From positions 39,122,001 to 39,186,000 of the forward strand of contig NC_042998.1 in assembly GCF_006345805.1 (NCBI RefSeq): a stretch of 64,000 nucleotides of DNA. Direction: 5' to 3'. The translations under genes and the position numbers were made by a program. This DNA is from Octopus sinensis. Taxonomy: Eukaryota. Every line of letters begins with the position of its first letter. The stretch's first letter is position 1. Below the pieces are notes generated by a model. The model ran no database searches. It worked only from the letters and a program-made list of their open reading frames with translations, and was not told where the DNA came from. Shown piece by piece: positions 40,501 through 54,600 of the stretch.

Positions 40501-43500
40501 AAAACAAACATAGGTGTGCCAATAATGGTGAAATTGTCAATGGATCTGGTGTTTTCCGGAATGGTCATGTTGTACAGAGTTTGCTGGAAGACTGGCGGGA
40601 AATCATTATCGTCTAGAATTTCAATGTTGACATAGGAATATGTCACAGCTGTTTTGTCGGGAACACCATTAGCAAGCTCTGTCACCTGTGGAAATAGAAG
40701 AAATGATATTCTTGAAATCATACAACAGATTGATAGAAATTCAACTCTCTGGATTGTCATTGAAGTCTGTTCTCAACATAAAGGGTGCTGAAAAGGGTCA
40801 ACTCTTCTGGGCTTAGGGGTTCCGATAGAATAAGGACTGGAGGTGATTCATGAAGACAAAAATTCTTCATGGCCATGCCCCAGTATGGCCACAGTCTTAT
40901 GACGGAAACAAGGGAAAGATAAAAGAGAAAAGATTATGTACATCAAGTAATCTCGTCAGATTTCAGAACCAAATCTCATTCCTCTAAACCGTCTTTGGAC
41001 TCTTTTACGAGAAATACAATTCTACATGTGAAACTACATGGCCTAGAGTTCAGGGTGGGTTCAACTCCCAAACTGGGCGGCATGTTGTGTTCTTGAGCAA
41101 AACACTTCATTTCACGTTGCTCCAGTCCACTCAGCTGTAGATGGACCGCCCAGTATTCTCCTTCTGATCGGGGAGTGAGGGGTGGGGAGGGTGTTGGCCT
41201 ACTCACCTAGCCAGCGAGGTAGCATCATTCAAAAACTAAGACAATACAAAGCGCATTGTGACCAGCGATGTATAACAATAACCGAGAGTTTGTTTGATAT
41301 TGTAATACCATGATACAGTGACAATTCCACTTACAGTTCAGTTCTTACTGTTTCTCAATAAACATTCCAATCTAAACAAATGGGATTCGACTGCTGCCAA
41401 TATATATCCTCCTCTACGCTTGTAGATTATCCAAAGAACAACTTCAGAATCATCGACTATTTTTATTGCCACCCTCATCTGGGAACTTTCTCAAACATCT
41501 ACAGAACCTTAGAAATAACATAAAAACTGCTTCTAGTCTTGAATTTATACAAACGGCTCATTCTTCCAATGGCAACATTGCTCTGATCAGAAAAATCCAA
41601 GGCCATTGTTCGGTGTAATTCCTATCGACACAAACCCAGGCATTAAACCCCTTTTCTATGTATTTTAGACAAACTAGTTTGTGTTTATCTTAATAGTTAT
41701 GCTTTACATTTCATGAAATATCCCAGCTCCCATGTTCTATATAAACATGTTTTATACATGTTTCTTGCATGTCTGTATCGACGTGTTAGTTTATGCGTAA
41801 GTACATTGGTGTATATGTATGCAAGTGCGCACATGCATGTTTGTCTGTCAGTGGGTCTGTCTGCTTGTCTGCATATTCTCTTCTTTTCTTTCATTTTTAG
41901 AATCCTCTGAGGAAGGAGCTGATATCTAACAAAGATACAAAACCCTGTGTTTGGGAATGGAAATAACGAAAACAGTAACAGATTTCAAACTCAAGAAAAA
42001 TCAGGCTTATTTTTACTGTTCCACTAACAGATTATATTTGTAATGTATGTATGCATGTACGAGGGGTGTGCGTGCATACATGCATGCATGGGCGGTTGGA
42101 TGGATGTACGAGGGGTGAGTGCATACATTCATGCATGTATGTACATATGTATGTATATATGTATGTATATATGTATGTATTGGTACCACACTTTTGTTAG
42201 ATTTAAGAAGCGTGAATTGCAGTCGCTTTCATTTCTTCCTGCATGAATGGCTTAGGGTTAGGGTTCGTTAATTGCTGCAGAATATTTGCAAAGCCCAGAT
42301 TCTTACTTACATATAAATGACTGTTTGTATTTACAAATACGAATAACAGGGAAGGGAAAATATTAAGCTGGTACATTTGAGACTTTACTAAAGGATTTGT
42401 CTAGTAAATGAAATGGAAGTTTTAACTAGAAAACGAAATGGCATCACTGACTTTGTTCTGAGTCGTACACTGGATGACATGCATGAAAGTATTAGCCGTC
42501 GACACAAATAAATTCTAATACTTACACTAATGTTGACTATGTAACGCCCTACAGATGACTCCCTGTCAATATTACCATTTGAAATCAAATCCGCTTTGTA
42601 AGTGTTACCAATATGGGAAACAGTATTTCCAACTCGGAAATGGACATCACTACCTGGGGAAAAGAAAAAACAGAAATTAAGCAGTTGAAATAAAAGGATG
42701 TTAAATTTCTCATTTAAATTTTAGCCTTCTCTTAAAAATGTATAGTTTCTCAATTACTTTTGTTTTAATTTTAAAACTTATGTCATGTATTCATGTATTA
42801 AATTAATCTGCTATAAATACCTGATAATGTTATAAAATGAATAAAGTTATAAAACAAATAAATTATTTATTAATCAATTTTCTTGGTGTGAGTTGTGCTG
42901 TACCTGAAACAATGTATCTTTCTAAGAAATCCTGATTTCCAATAGGTATATTGTAACAGAACGCCTTACTTCCCTGGGCATGGACACATTGAAACTCCGA
43001 TGTCTGGCAGCTGACTTGGCAGACACCCATAAAATTATTAACCATCTTACAAACAATAACTCTGAGCACCTTTTCAAACTCCACCTGTCTAACACTCATG
43101 GACATGTTTACAAAGTCAGAAAGCAGCACAGCTCCCACGACTTTCGGAAACATTTTTTCACGCTAAGAGTTGCTGAAGCATGGAGCAACCTGCCAGCATC
43201 AGTTGTTAGTTGTCGGAGCACTGCATCCTTCAAAACTTCCATGCTTCCTGAGATTCGCCAACACTACACCTGATTTTCTCCCCTCCATACACACGCAGGC
43301 ATGTATCTGACTCATACACTGTTCACTTCCCAGACATTTGTACATTACTGCATACACTTTATATGCACTTTTGACAAGTTGTGATGCACCTGATCACTGT
43401 ATACAATAATTTCATTATATATATAACTGGATAAAACCTTTTGAAAAGAAAAAAAGAAAAGTATGTGTTTTGCTACATAACACAGTAATGTGTATTTTTC

Positions 43501-45253
43501 TTGATGTGAAGGATATAGCAATGTGCAATTTTATCTCATAACTTATCATTGGTGCATAACTGAGTTTTTAAACAACATACCTACTTCTATTTACTTTTAT
43601 GAATTGATTAGAGTACAAATATGGTAACATCTACCAATAACTCTTAGTGTTAGTAAAGAAACTCAAACAAGTTCATATCATCATAAGAGAGGTCGCATTA
43701 GGCCAAATGGATGAAATGTTCACTGCTTCATCGTATTTAATTCATCATTCTTTTAGATGTTGGAAGACAGACAGGTAGGGGATTACTTTGCAACTATATC
43801 TACTTGTAAGTGGCTCAAAGGAGTCGATGTGTTGCATTCAAAAGGATTCTGTTGCTTATGTGTTTGGTGTAATTTGAAAAAAAAATCTATGCAGAGAATA
43901 AGATACTTTTATTGATAAAGTTATTTTTGTAGAATAAGGTATTAGATTGACTTTTAGAAGAGAGCATAAATACTGATTGCCCATCCACCAGCATTGGGGA
44001 AATGGCTCACAGTTTGTAGGGACTTTGGAAATAGTAGCTATGGTTGCATGAGAGAGCTATTTCAAAGGGTTTGTTATGACCATGTATAACCTCAGAAGTG
44101 ACAGTGGGTTATGAGTGTTTCCACTCGTTGACTTCTAAGCCAACACTGTTGTTGATTATTCCAGTTGGGGCACGTGTAACCGATTAAAAATACCAAGTAC
44201 TTACCACCAACAATAGAAATTACCACCGGTCTTTGGTTGCTCACATCACCATCTCGTGCTAATAGATTCCCTACACTGACATTCTGCATTTAAAATAAAC
44301 AATTGTAAAATATACATGCAAGGAAACCATACAGGATTGTTCACAGAGAAATAATGTTTTTAAATAGAAACTTGTAACCAATTTAAATATGCTTGTGGCA
44401 TCTTTGAAACTGTAAGGAAGCAATTCACTGTATTTTGTCATGGAGAAAATTTCTGGCTGTAGACAAATAGTTGTAAATACACCAACTCAGCTCATGGTAC
44501 ACCCTTACAAGGCTGTAGGATGCAAGCTTTTCAAAGTGGTTATTTCCTCTTCAGCAACAGATACTGGAAAGGCAGACGCTACAAGCTGACACAAGGGACA
44601 GGTCCCTCTTATGATATTCCCATCACCATCCAATAAAGTTACACTTTTCAGCAGTTGTCCGTAAATAAAATACAAGTGACAGCAGTGCTAAGCAGTGATG
44701 TGCATAAATACAAATTTGTTACCAGTTCAAATATGCTTGACGCATATTCGAATCTGTAGAAAAAAAAACATTCGCTGTATTTTGCCATGGAGAAAAATTT
44801 CTTGCTGTAGATAAATAGGTGTCACCCCGTTATGTGTTTAAAATATATTCTTTTCTACACTAGGCACAAGGACCGAAATCTTTGGGGAGGGGGGAGTCGA
44901 TTAGATCGACCCCAGTACGCAACTGGTACTTAATTTATCGACTCCGAAAGGATGAAAGGCAAAGTCGACCTCGGCGGAATTTGAACTCAAAACATAAAGA
45001 CAGACGAAATACCGCTAAGAATTTCGCCCGATGTGCTAACATTTCTGCCAGCTCGCCGCCTTGTTTAAAGTATATTGAATTGAAATCATTGAAAATAAAC
45101 CAGAGTATGAAACGCAAGCTTAGAAGTGTTAAGGGAAGTAACTCTTAATTAATCTATTACTTTTATCTCCCTTACTTTATCTTTTACTCTTTCCTCTTCT
45201 TTTTTTCTTTCTCCCACTTTTCTCTTTCACTTTCAATTCTATCTATATCAGTG

Positions 45254-45286
<33 letters not shown>

Positions 45287-48200
45287 TTAGCGTCCGTTTT
45301 CCATGCTAGCATGGGTTGGACGGTTCTACTGGGGTCTGTGAAGCCAGAAGGCTTCATCAGGCCCAGTCAAATCTGGCAGTGTTTCTACGGCTGGATGCCC
45401 TTCCTAACGCCAACCACTCCGTGAGTGTAGTGGGTGCTTTTTACGTGCCACCCGCACTGGTGCCAGACAGAGCTGGCAAACGGCCACGAACGGATGGTGC
45501 TTTTTATGTGCCACCGGCACGAGGGCCAGGCGAGGCTGGCAACGGACACGAAACGGGGCGGTGCTGGCAACGGTCGCGAAACGGAAAGTTCTCTTACATG
45601 CCACCGGCACTGGTAACACATCTGCAATTTCCATTGATCGATTTCGATTCAAACCCTTTTATTTAAATGAGTTTAGCCACGGACCCCTTTTAATATACTT
45701 ATCCTTATGCATATATATATAATTTTGAATTTAGTTCACAGCCCCCCAGTATTACCTTTGTGAACCCCAGGTTGGGACCCGAAACTCATTACCTTCCACT
45801 TCAATACTATCATGACGAATAAATGTGGTGAGAATGAATATTAAAAAAGAATGTTGAAAATGATGTAATATAAAAGAGAAGACGAGAAGGGAAATATTTT
45901 GAGTAGATTATGTGAAGCTGAGTGAGGTTATAAATCATCGGAATTGACTTCAAAGTAGCGATAAATACTTCATTCTGTTGGGCAGTAATTTTGCTAAGAT
46001 AATTTCTCATTTTTGGGAAGATTAATTTATCATTCACCATGAACGCTTTAAATGAATATTATTTACTAATAGCTAGTTTCATAAGCCAATCATTTAACTT
46101 CCTAATCTCTCTCTGCCTTCGTTTCTCTTAAATTCTTCATGGAATTTTGCTAAGCTAAACCTCTCCTTCCCTTCATTGTTCTGAAATCCCCTTGTACCAT
46201 CTCTCCAAATCAAACCTTGCTTGTTCGTGGTGTGCTGGCCCATTCCCACCACCACCACCAATACCGGATATCTCTTTCTCTCTCCTCCCACCACCATTAC
46301 CAGATATCTCAAGGGAGAAGCAGAAAAGAAGAAGTTTGCCAATGTTCAATGACATGAGGACCAAAGAACTGAAGTATTTCAGATTGCAAGACAGTGTGTG
46401 AGAGAAAATTGTGATGTTACAGGAGAGAAATGTATCCACATGGATGATGGTGCACTTGCTTTTAATGATTCGGAAAAGAAAGAGGCTTAGAGATGCCATT
46501 ATGAAAGACTGCTGAACATGGAGAATGAATGGGAGGAGGAGAGCCTGCCAAATGTTGACCCAGTAGAGGGACTAGCTACCCGAATAGACAGCACCCTGGT
46601 AGATAAAGCAATTAAGGGTATAAAGTAATAAAAAGACCCCGGCCCATCAAGAATCACTGCTGAGATGCTCAAAATATCTGGTGGTGTGGGTTATGGCCTA
46701 GTCACCCATATTGTAAACCAGGTAGTTCACGAAGGAGTCATACCCAATGACTGGCGTAGTAGCACCATAGTCAACTGCTACAAGGGTAAAGGTGATGTTT
46801 TAGATAGAAATAATTACAGGGGTATCAAACTGCTGGATCAAGTGATAAAGGTCACATTGAGGGTTATAGCCAAACTAATTTGGGAGAGAGTCAGCTTGGA
46901 TGAGATGCAGTTCAGTTTTGTTCCAGGTAGAAGCACCACTGATGCCATATTCCTGGTTTGACACCTGCAGGAAAAATACCTAGCCAAAGATAAACCCCTC
47001 TACTTAGTTTTCGTGGTCTTGGAGAAAGCCTTTGACAGGGCTCCCCGATCCCTTATCTGGTGGGCAATGCGGAAACTGGAGACTGACCAAGTGTTAATAA
47101 GGGCTGTACAGGCTCTGTACAGAGATGCTGTTACTAAGGTTAGGATTAGCAATGAGTATAGTGAAGAATTCCAGGTAGAAGTAGGGGTCCACTAGGGATC
47201 AGCCCTCATCCCCCTCTTATTCATCATAGTTCTCCAGGCAATAACAGAGGAATTCAAGACAGGTTGTCCCTGGGAGCTCCTCTATGCTGATGACTCAGCC
47301 CTCATAGCAGAATCACAACCAGAAATAGAGAAGAAATTTCAGGTGTGGAAGCAAGGTTTAGAATCGAAGGGCTTTAGAGTCAATGTCACAAAAACAAAGT
47401 CCTAATACGTAGGAAGGCAAGCAAACTACAAATCCCTTCAGGTAGATGGCCCTGCTTGATCTGTAGAAAAGGTGTAGGTGGAAACTCTATAAGATGTACC
47501 CAGTGTAAGCTATGGACGCATAAGAGGTGCAGCAACATCAAAGGAAGGTTAACCGGGAAGATAGTTTTTGTATGTGGCAGATACACAGTGACAATAAACA
47601 TCACAGATGCTCAGAAAACAGATTCCATCACATACCAGGGAAAGAAACTAGAAGTAGTAGATAGCTTCTGCTATCTAGGTGACCAAGTGTGTAGTGGGGG
47701 TGAATGCCCTGAGAGCGTAGTCATTAGAATAAGAATAACCTGGGCAAAGTTCAGAAAGCTCCTACCTCTGCTGGTAACAAAGGACCTCTTGCTCAGAATG
47801 AAAGATAGATTGTACGATGCATGTGTGCGAACTGCCATGCTTCACGGCAGTGAAACATAAGCTGTGACTGCTGAAGACATGCTGGGCAACTTTACATAGC
47901 CAAGGGAGAAGCAGAAAAGAAGTTTGCCAATGTTCAAAAGAAATGAAGCTAGCATGATCTACTGGATGTATAAGGTCAGTGTGCACACACGACAGAGTGT
48001 AAGCACCCTGAGAGAAATGTTGGACATAAGAAGCATCAGATTTAGTGTGCAAGAGAGACGACTACATTGGTAATGGTTACGTACTGTGGACGGGTGAAGA
48101 GAGCTGTGTGAAGAAGTGTTGTTCCCAAAGAGAAGAAGGAACCTGTGGTAGAGGGTGACCCAAGAAGACATTGGATGAAGTGGTGAAGCATGACTTTCGA

Positions 48201-51200
48201 ACATTGGGCTTCATAGAGGCAATGACAAAAGACCAAGACCTCTGGAGATATGCTGTGACTGAGAAGACCCAGCAAGTAAAGTGAGATCACAGCCGTAGCC
48301 TACACCAGTGTTGCATAACCAGCCCATTTAAAAAGTACCTTTGTATTGTCAGGTGACATGTCATGCTTGAGGAGACCTATTGAGTCAAGTAAATCAAAAT
48401 CAAATCAAATCAATTGGAATTTGTAGTTGTGGCTGATGCCAGTGCCGCTTAACTGGATCCCATGCTGGTGGCACACAATAAGCACCATTCATGTGTTGGT
48501 CGTTGCCAGTGCCACCTGACCAGCTCCTCGTGCCGGTGACATGTAAAAAGCACCATCCGAATGTGGTCAATGCCAGCCCCCTTGCCCAGTCTGGCTCCTG
48601 TGCTGGTGTCACATAAAAAGCACCCGCTATACTCATGGAGTGGTTGGTGTTAAAAAGGGCATCCAGCTGTAGAAACACTGCCAGATCAGACTGGAGAGCC
48701 TGGTGCAGCCTCCTGGTTTGCCAGACCCCAGTCAAACCGTCCAACCCATGTCAGCATGGAAAACGGATGTTAAACGATGATGATGATGATTAAGGATAGA
48801 GAAGACATTACATTGTCGATGTGACTCAAGATTGCTGACTGGAAAATATTCATTAATGGTTGCATTTTATAAGAATTTGTCTTGAAGATTATAAGAACTG
48901 GGACATATTACATAGGAATGTTGAGTTTAAAGCAAGTGTATTACATTACTGGTATTGTCTCAGATGTGACGATTAGAATCATTGTTTTGATGAGTTTCAG
49001 AACATTTGTGTTATGCTTCTTAATAGTGACAGGAATCACTCAAAAAAATACTATTTTACCATTATTGAAAAACAGGATGAGCCTCAACTTTAAGATGTCC
49101 GCTAAGGCTTTTCCATATTTATTTATTAGTTTGTGTTTTGTTTAAAATAATACATTTCCTGGGGATCATCGTCGTTTTTACATTGACCCAGTTGAAGCGA
49201 ATTTAGTTGTGGTTATTACTGATGTTGCTATTTAGCTTCAATCCAGAGGGCTATCATCAAATCCACTCTGATTGTGATCAACCCTTCTTTATCATCAGGC
49301 ATAGTGTGTTTGGGGCTATATTTAATCCGGATGTCATCATGTTCTAAGCAAGACAGAAAGTGCTTCAAAGGAAATATGGCTGTAAAAACCTTCATAATAT
49401 TTAGATTCCGTTAATAGGATAGAGATTTGAATAAATATGCCAGCAAGCAACTGTCAGTATATTTATTGAGAAGCAAAAAAATCATGTTACGACTTACTTG
49501 CTTGGTATTTTCTGTAACAAAGAAAGTATATGGAGCCTGTATGAAAACCGGTTGCATATCTTGTTCATCTTTAACATCAATTAATATGTTGACTGAGGCA
49601 GACAAAATCGGATTACCACCATCCTGTACAAATAAAGACAATTAACATTAAGAATGGATGTATAATTAGTTCACTTTGTTTCTGTTGCATCCGATGATAT
49701 CATTACATTAATGACACAATATTTAGGACTTAAGAATACTTCTAATGCATCAGGCGATATAATATGATATGCCTGAGAAGACCTGTTGAGTCAAGTAAAA
49801 CTAATATCGTAGCTGGGGACAGTGCCCCCAACTGGTTCCCGTGCTGGTAGCACGTAAAAAGCACTATCCGAATGTGACTGATACCAGGTCTGCCAGACTG
49901 GCCCCCATGCCAGTGGTGTGTAAAACGCACCAACTGAACGTAGCCAATACTAGTACCCTCAGATTGGCTCCCATGCCAGTGGCATGTAAAAAGCACCATC
50001 CAAACATGGTCAATGCCAGGTTCGCCTGACTGGCTCCTGTGCTAGTGGCACATAAAAAGCACCATCTGAATGTGATCGTTGCCAGGCCTGCCTTACTGGT
50101 TTCTGTGCAGGTGGCACGTAAAAAACACCCACTACACTCTCAGAGTGGTTGGCATTAGGAAGGGCATCCAGCTGTAGAAACTCTGCCAGACCAGATTGGA
50201 ACCTCGTGCAGCCGCTGGCTCTCCAGACCTCAGTTAAACCTTCCAACCCATGCCAGCATGGAAAATGGACGTTCATCGATGATGATGATGATGATATAGA
50301 AAATGAGAAATTTACTTGCTCCGACTAAGGCCAACTACAAAGCTGGGTATGTGATAAAAAGCTTGCTCCCAACCACTAGGGTCCAGGTTCAATCCCACAG
50401 CGTGGCACCAGGGGCAAGTGTTGTCTACAATAGCCTCAGGCTGGCCAAAGCCTCGAGTGGCTCTCGTAAATAGAAACTGGAAAAAGCCTGTTGTGTGTGT
50501 GCGCACGCACACATGTGGATGTGCGTGTCTGTGTTTGTCATTGTCCACTCTCACCGCTTGACAACCAGCATTGATAAATTTTCATGTTCGTAACTTAGTG
50601 GTTCAGCCAGAGATACCAATGGAATAAGTACCCGGCTTTAGAAAAAATAAGCAATGGGGTCGGTTCATTCGACTAAAAACTCTTCAAGGCTGTGCCCCAA
50701 CATGGCCACAGTTTAATGACTGAAACAGGTAAGGAGATAGAAAAGATAATTGCCTGGCATAAAACACACCAAAACAGAATTCATACGATTGAGCTTATCT
50801 TTCTCAGTCTAGCAAAAGAAATCAGGTGTAAATATCTGTTTGAAAGCTTTCAAACCAGGTGTCAGGCTTTGAAAATCAAATTCAGGTATGATGGACAAAA
50901 TGACGTAGTTTTTTGTTTTTTTTTTATTTGAAATTTCCAACTGAGCCGGAGAGAGGCAATAAAAATCTAGAAACTCTTTAAGGAAAGCAGGAGGTCATTT
51001 CAAGACATTAATTTCACAAAATAAATTTATACCCTTGGAGGGAATTTGAGCTTTGTCAACAGACAGGTTGTCAGCTATAGTCAAATTCGAGACTATTTAA
51101 TTTGTGAAACCCTACAAACATCATACTTACTCCTAAGCATCTAAATCAATCGTGAAATTATTTCTTAATTTCTTGAAATTGTCTCTCCTCGTCTCCACTA

Positions 51201-51633
51201 ACAATCTGCTATATTTTTTTTTTTCTCCAGCAGAGAAATTTCCATTGATTTTTTTGTTTTTTGTGTGTTTGTTTCGTTACTTTTTTTATTCGTCTTTTAC
51301 TATATTGCACTTGAGATATCTTTATAACATCTATGTCATTTCTTTTCAATCCATTTGATTTATTTTAATTTTGAATCTCACTGTCAGCCTTTCATATCTA
51401 AGAATTTTAACCTTGGCTCTTAGCATTAACCATTCATTATTTCATCAGAATTTCTCAAGGTTATGCCATATGATGACTATATCACAAATCGAATAAGCTT
51501 TTTTTTTTTTTTGTCAAATTTAATGTCAAAATTTATAAAGTCAAACATTAAATATGTACATTCAGAATGCATAGGAAAATTATTAAAAATTTGTGCCTGG
51601 ACATATTTAGACATCAAAATAGTTTTGTCATGT

Positions 51634-51668
<35 letters not shown>

Positions 51669-54600
51669 TGTGTACAGTACTCAGGTGCACTACAACTCAT
51701 CTAAAGTGTATATATAATCAGGTGTAGTTTCGACGGATTTCGGGAAGCATGAGGGCCTTAAAGGATGCAGTGTCATGGCAGTCAACAACTGATGCAGGCA
51801 GTTTATTCCACGCTTCAGCAACCCTGAGCGTGAAAAAATGTTTCCGAAAGTCATGGGAGCTGTGCTGTTTTCTGACTTTGTAGGCATGTCCACGTGTGTT
51901 AGACACATGGAGATCAAAAAGGTGTTCAGTGTTGTTGTTGGTGAGGTGGTTGATAACCTTGTGGGTATTTACCAAGTCCGTCGCAAGACGCCGGAGCTTC
52001 AGTGAATCCATGCCCAGGGAAACAAGGCGCTCAGAATATGGTAGGTGTCTGATGGAGGGTATGCGTTTGGTTGCACGTCTCTGGACAGATTCCAGGAGGT
52101 CAATGTTCTGAGCAAGATAGGGATTCCAAACTGATGATGCGAATTCCAAGTGTGGTCGTACCATAGCTGTATACAGTTTTAAATAGATGGCTGGAGAGCG
52201 GCTAACAAAAGTCTTGCTGAGTGATGCCAAGACACCCTCGGCCTTCTTGACAATTTTAGAGATATGCTTTGTCCAACGCAAATCACTGCTGACAGTGATG
52301 CCTAGGTCACGCTCGCAAGAGGATTTCTTGATATCAGTGTTGTGGAGGGAGTATGTGGACGCAGGGTTTTTTCTCCCAAAATGCATGGTGGTACACTTGT
52401 CCACAGCCAGTTTCAGTTGCCAGTCTGTGATCCATTGCTGCATTGTGTCTAGGTCTGATTGCAGGAAAGAGTTGTAGACATCAGGATCAGTCCTCTTGAT
52501 TTCAAGGTACAACTTGATGTCGTCTGCATATTTCAATACTGTGGCATTCTTTAAATTGGCATCTATGTCATTAATGTATGCCACAAACAGGAGGGGACCA
52601 AGGACAGATCCCTGTGGTACACCCGATGACATCTCATATGGTGTAGAGTGCTGTCCTAGAACTGTGACTACCTCCTTTCGGCTGAGGATGAAGGATTTCA
52701 ACCAAACAAATGTCAACACAAACAAATCGTTTCGAAATTTAGTGTTTTAGACGTAAAGTACAACGCCAATGATAAGAGAGCAATCCATTTTCAACCACAG
52801 CATACCCACCATAGCAATACTCGGCAAAGCTATGGGACACACTTTTCTATTTAAAATTAAAATACCTTATTCATTTCAGGTGAAAAATTTAAACTTACTG
52901 TTGCCAATATTGTCATGATATAAGACGGTGCACTTTCATAATCAAGGGATTTTTGGACAACTACCTCCCCAAAGTATTTACCCTCAAGGGAGTTTGGTTC
53001 ACGTTTCGTTGTTATTGAAAAGTGGTCACAAGCAAGTGATGCCTGAAAAAAGAACCAGATATATTAAACGAAATAATATTCTTTAAAAATAATGTTATAT
53101 AATCAAGAATTATAAATACAACATCGACAAATATACAATCTAAGAATAATATTCTGCTCATGGTCTCTTATTTGTAAAATGTTCAAAGTCTAATCACATT
53201 TGTAAAACCAAAGTCAAAATGATTTCACACGAGAATATTGACGCTGATAGGATCTGAACTCAGCCATACACGTCTACTATCTTCGCCGGAAAACCAATAA
53301 GTTTTGAATCTATAGTAAGAAGTTACAAATCCGATGTCCTGGTTCTTTAGTGTTCGTCCAACCAATTAATCCACTCAATTCCAAGCGAAGCTAATCCACT
53401 CAACTCGTTTCTTTGCAATTAAGAAGTCAGCTGTTTTTCAGAAATGGGGTCATAGTCAATTGAATATATCAATTTATATTATTATATTATTATAACAAGT
53501 AGATCAATTTATATTATTTATATTATTATAACAAGTAGATCAATTTATATTATTTATATTATTATAACAAGTAGATCAATTTATATCTATATATTACAGA
53601 AACTTGAAAACTGCAAAGTAAAGTTGTGTAGCAATAACCATTTTAGCCATTTTGAAATGTGGCGCGAATTGGCAATATGACGTAATGTCGTATTGCCGAA
53701 GAAATATCATTTTCGTTTTTTTCCATTGGTTAATATAACTGCTCATATAAAGATTCTAGAAGTTTCGAAAAGAATATCTGTCATGGATTTCAATTCTTTT
53801 TAGTCAAGTTGAGCAGTTATAAAAACCCTGGATTTTGGAAGATATTTCAGTGTTCGTTGGTAGTCACATAACTCCACGTCACTCACTCTTTTGAGACATC
53901 GGTAAATTTTTATGCCATGTCTAAGTTAATCACAAATCTAATTTGATTTGTTGGTTAACGTATTAGACAGAAAGAAGAATTTAGCTAAGGAATTTATAGT
54001 CGTTTTTCTCCACGACAAAGTTATCTTTCTTACTGTAAAAAAATATAAAATGTTATATTTATATAATAAAAATAATTAAAAGGAAATGTTTCTCTTCACG
54101 TTTGTTTTTCAACTGAGCATAGATAAATATGCATTTCTGTAATCTTTGATTTATGTTTCTTATAGCGGTTTAAAGGACACGATTAAAATATTCAACATAC
54201 ATGTCATAATATAGCGTTCCATGCGTATATGTCTATATGACGTTATAACTGTAGTTAGGGGTTTTAGGTATAATGATAACACTTGAGTATAAGTGACGTT
54301 GAATCATTATATTCTCCCTTACTCAGAGAAAAGACAAAATAAATAATATAACCTAAAAGAAAGCTTAAGGTAGAATAAACCAAAAACTGCCGTAGGAAAG
54401 TTGTATAAACTCAGAATAAACATCTACCGTACAGCATCCACTTGAACTCATTGTAGTATAATATCCTCTCCAATAACCAACTAAAATTTGCGTTATTATA
54501 TGTGGCTAGTTCGTTAATCTCCTTATAAGTCGAGTTGCATTCCCGTTTCGATTTATCCCGCACCCATATTTACTCATCCTTCGACTGGAAATACATAAAC

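Noticed and set aside
51131-51208. Cadherin-sounding [10 protein letters not shown] followed by a gtaagt donor
   Set aside because: In-frame stop before the donor, an A-rich acceptor without a pyrimidine tract, and no gap in the exon chain.
53461-53590. 36-bp AT-rich triple tandem repeat
   Set aside because: Simple local slippage duplication with no sign of function.
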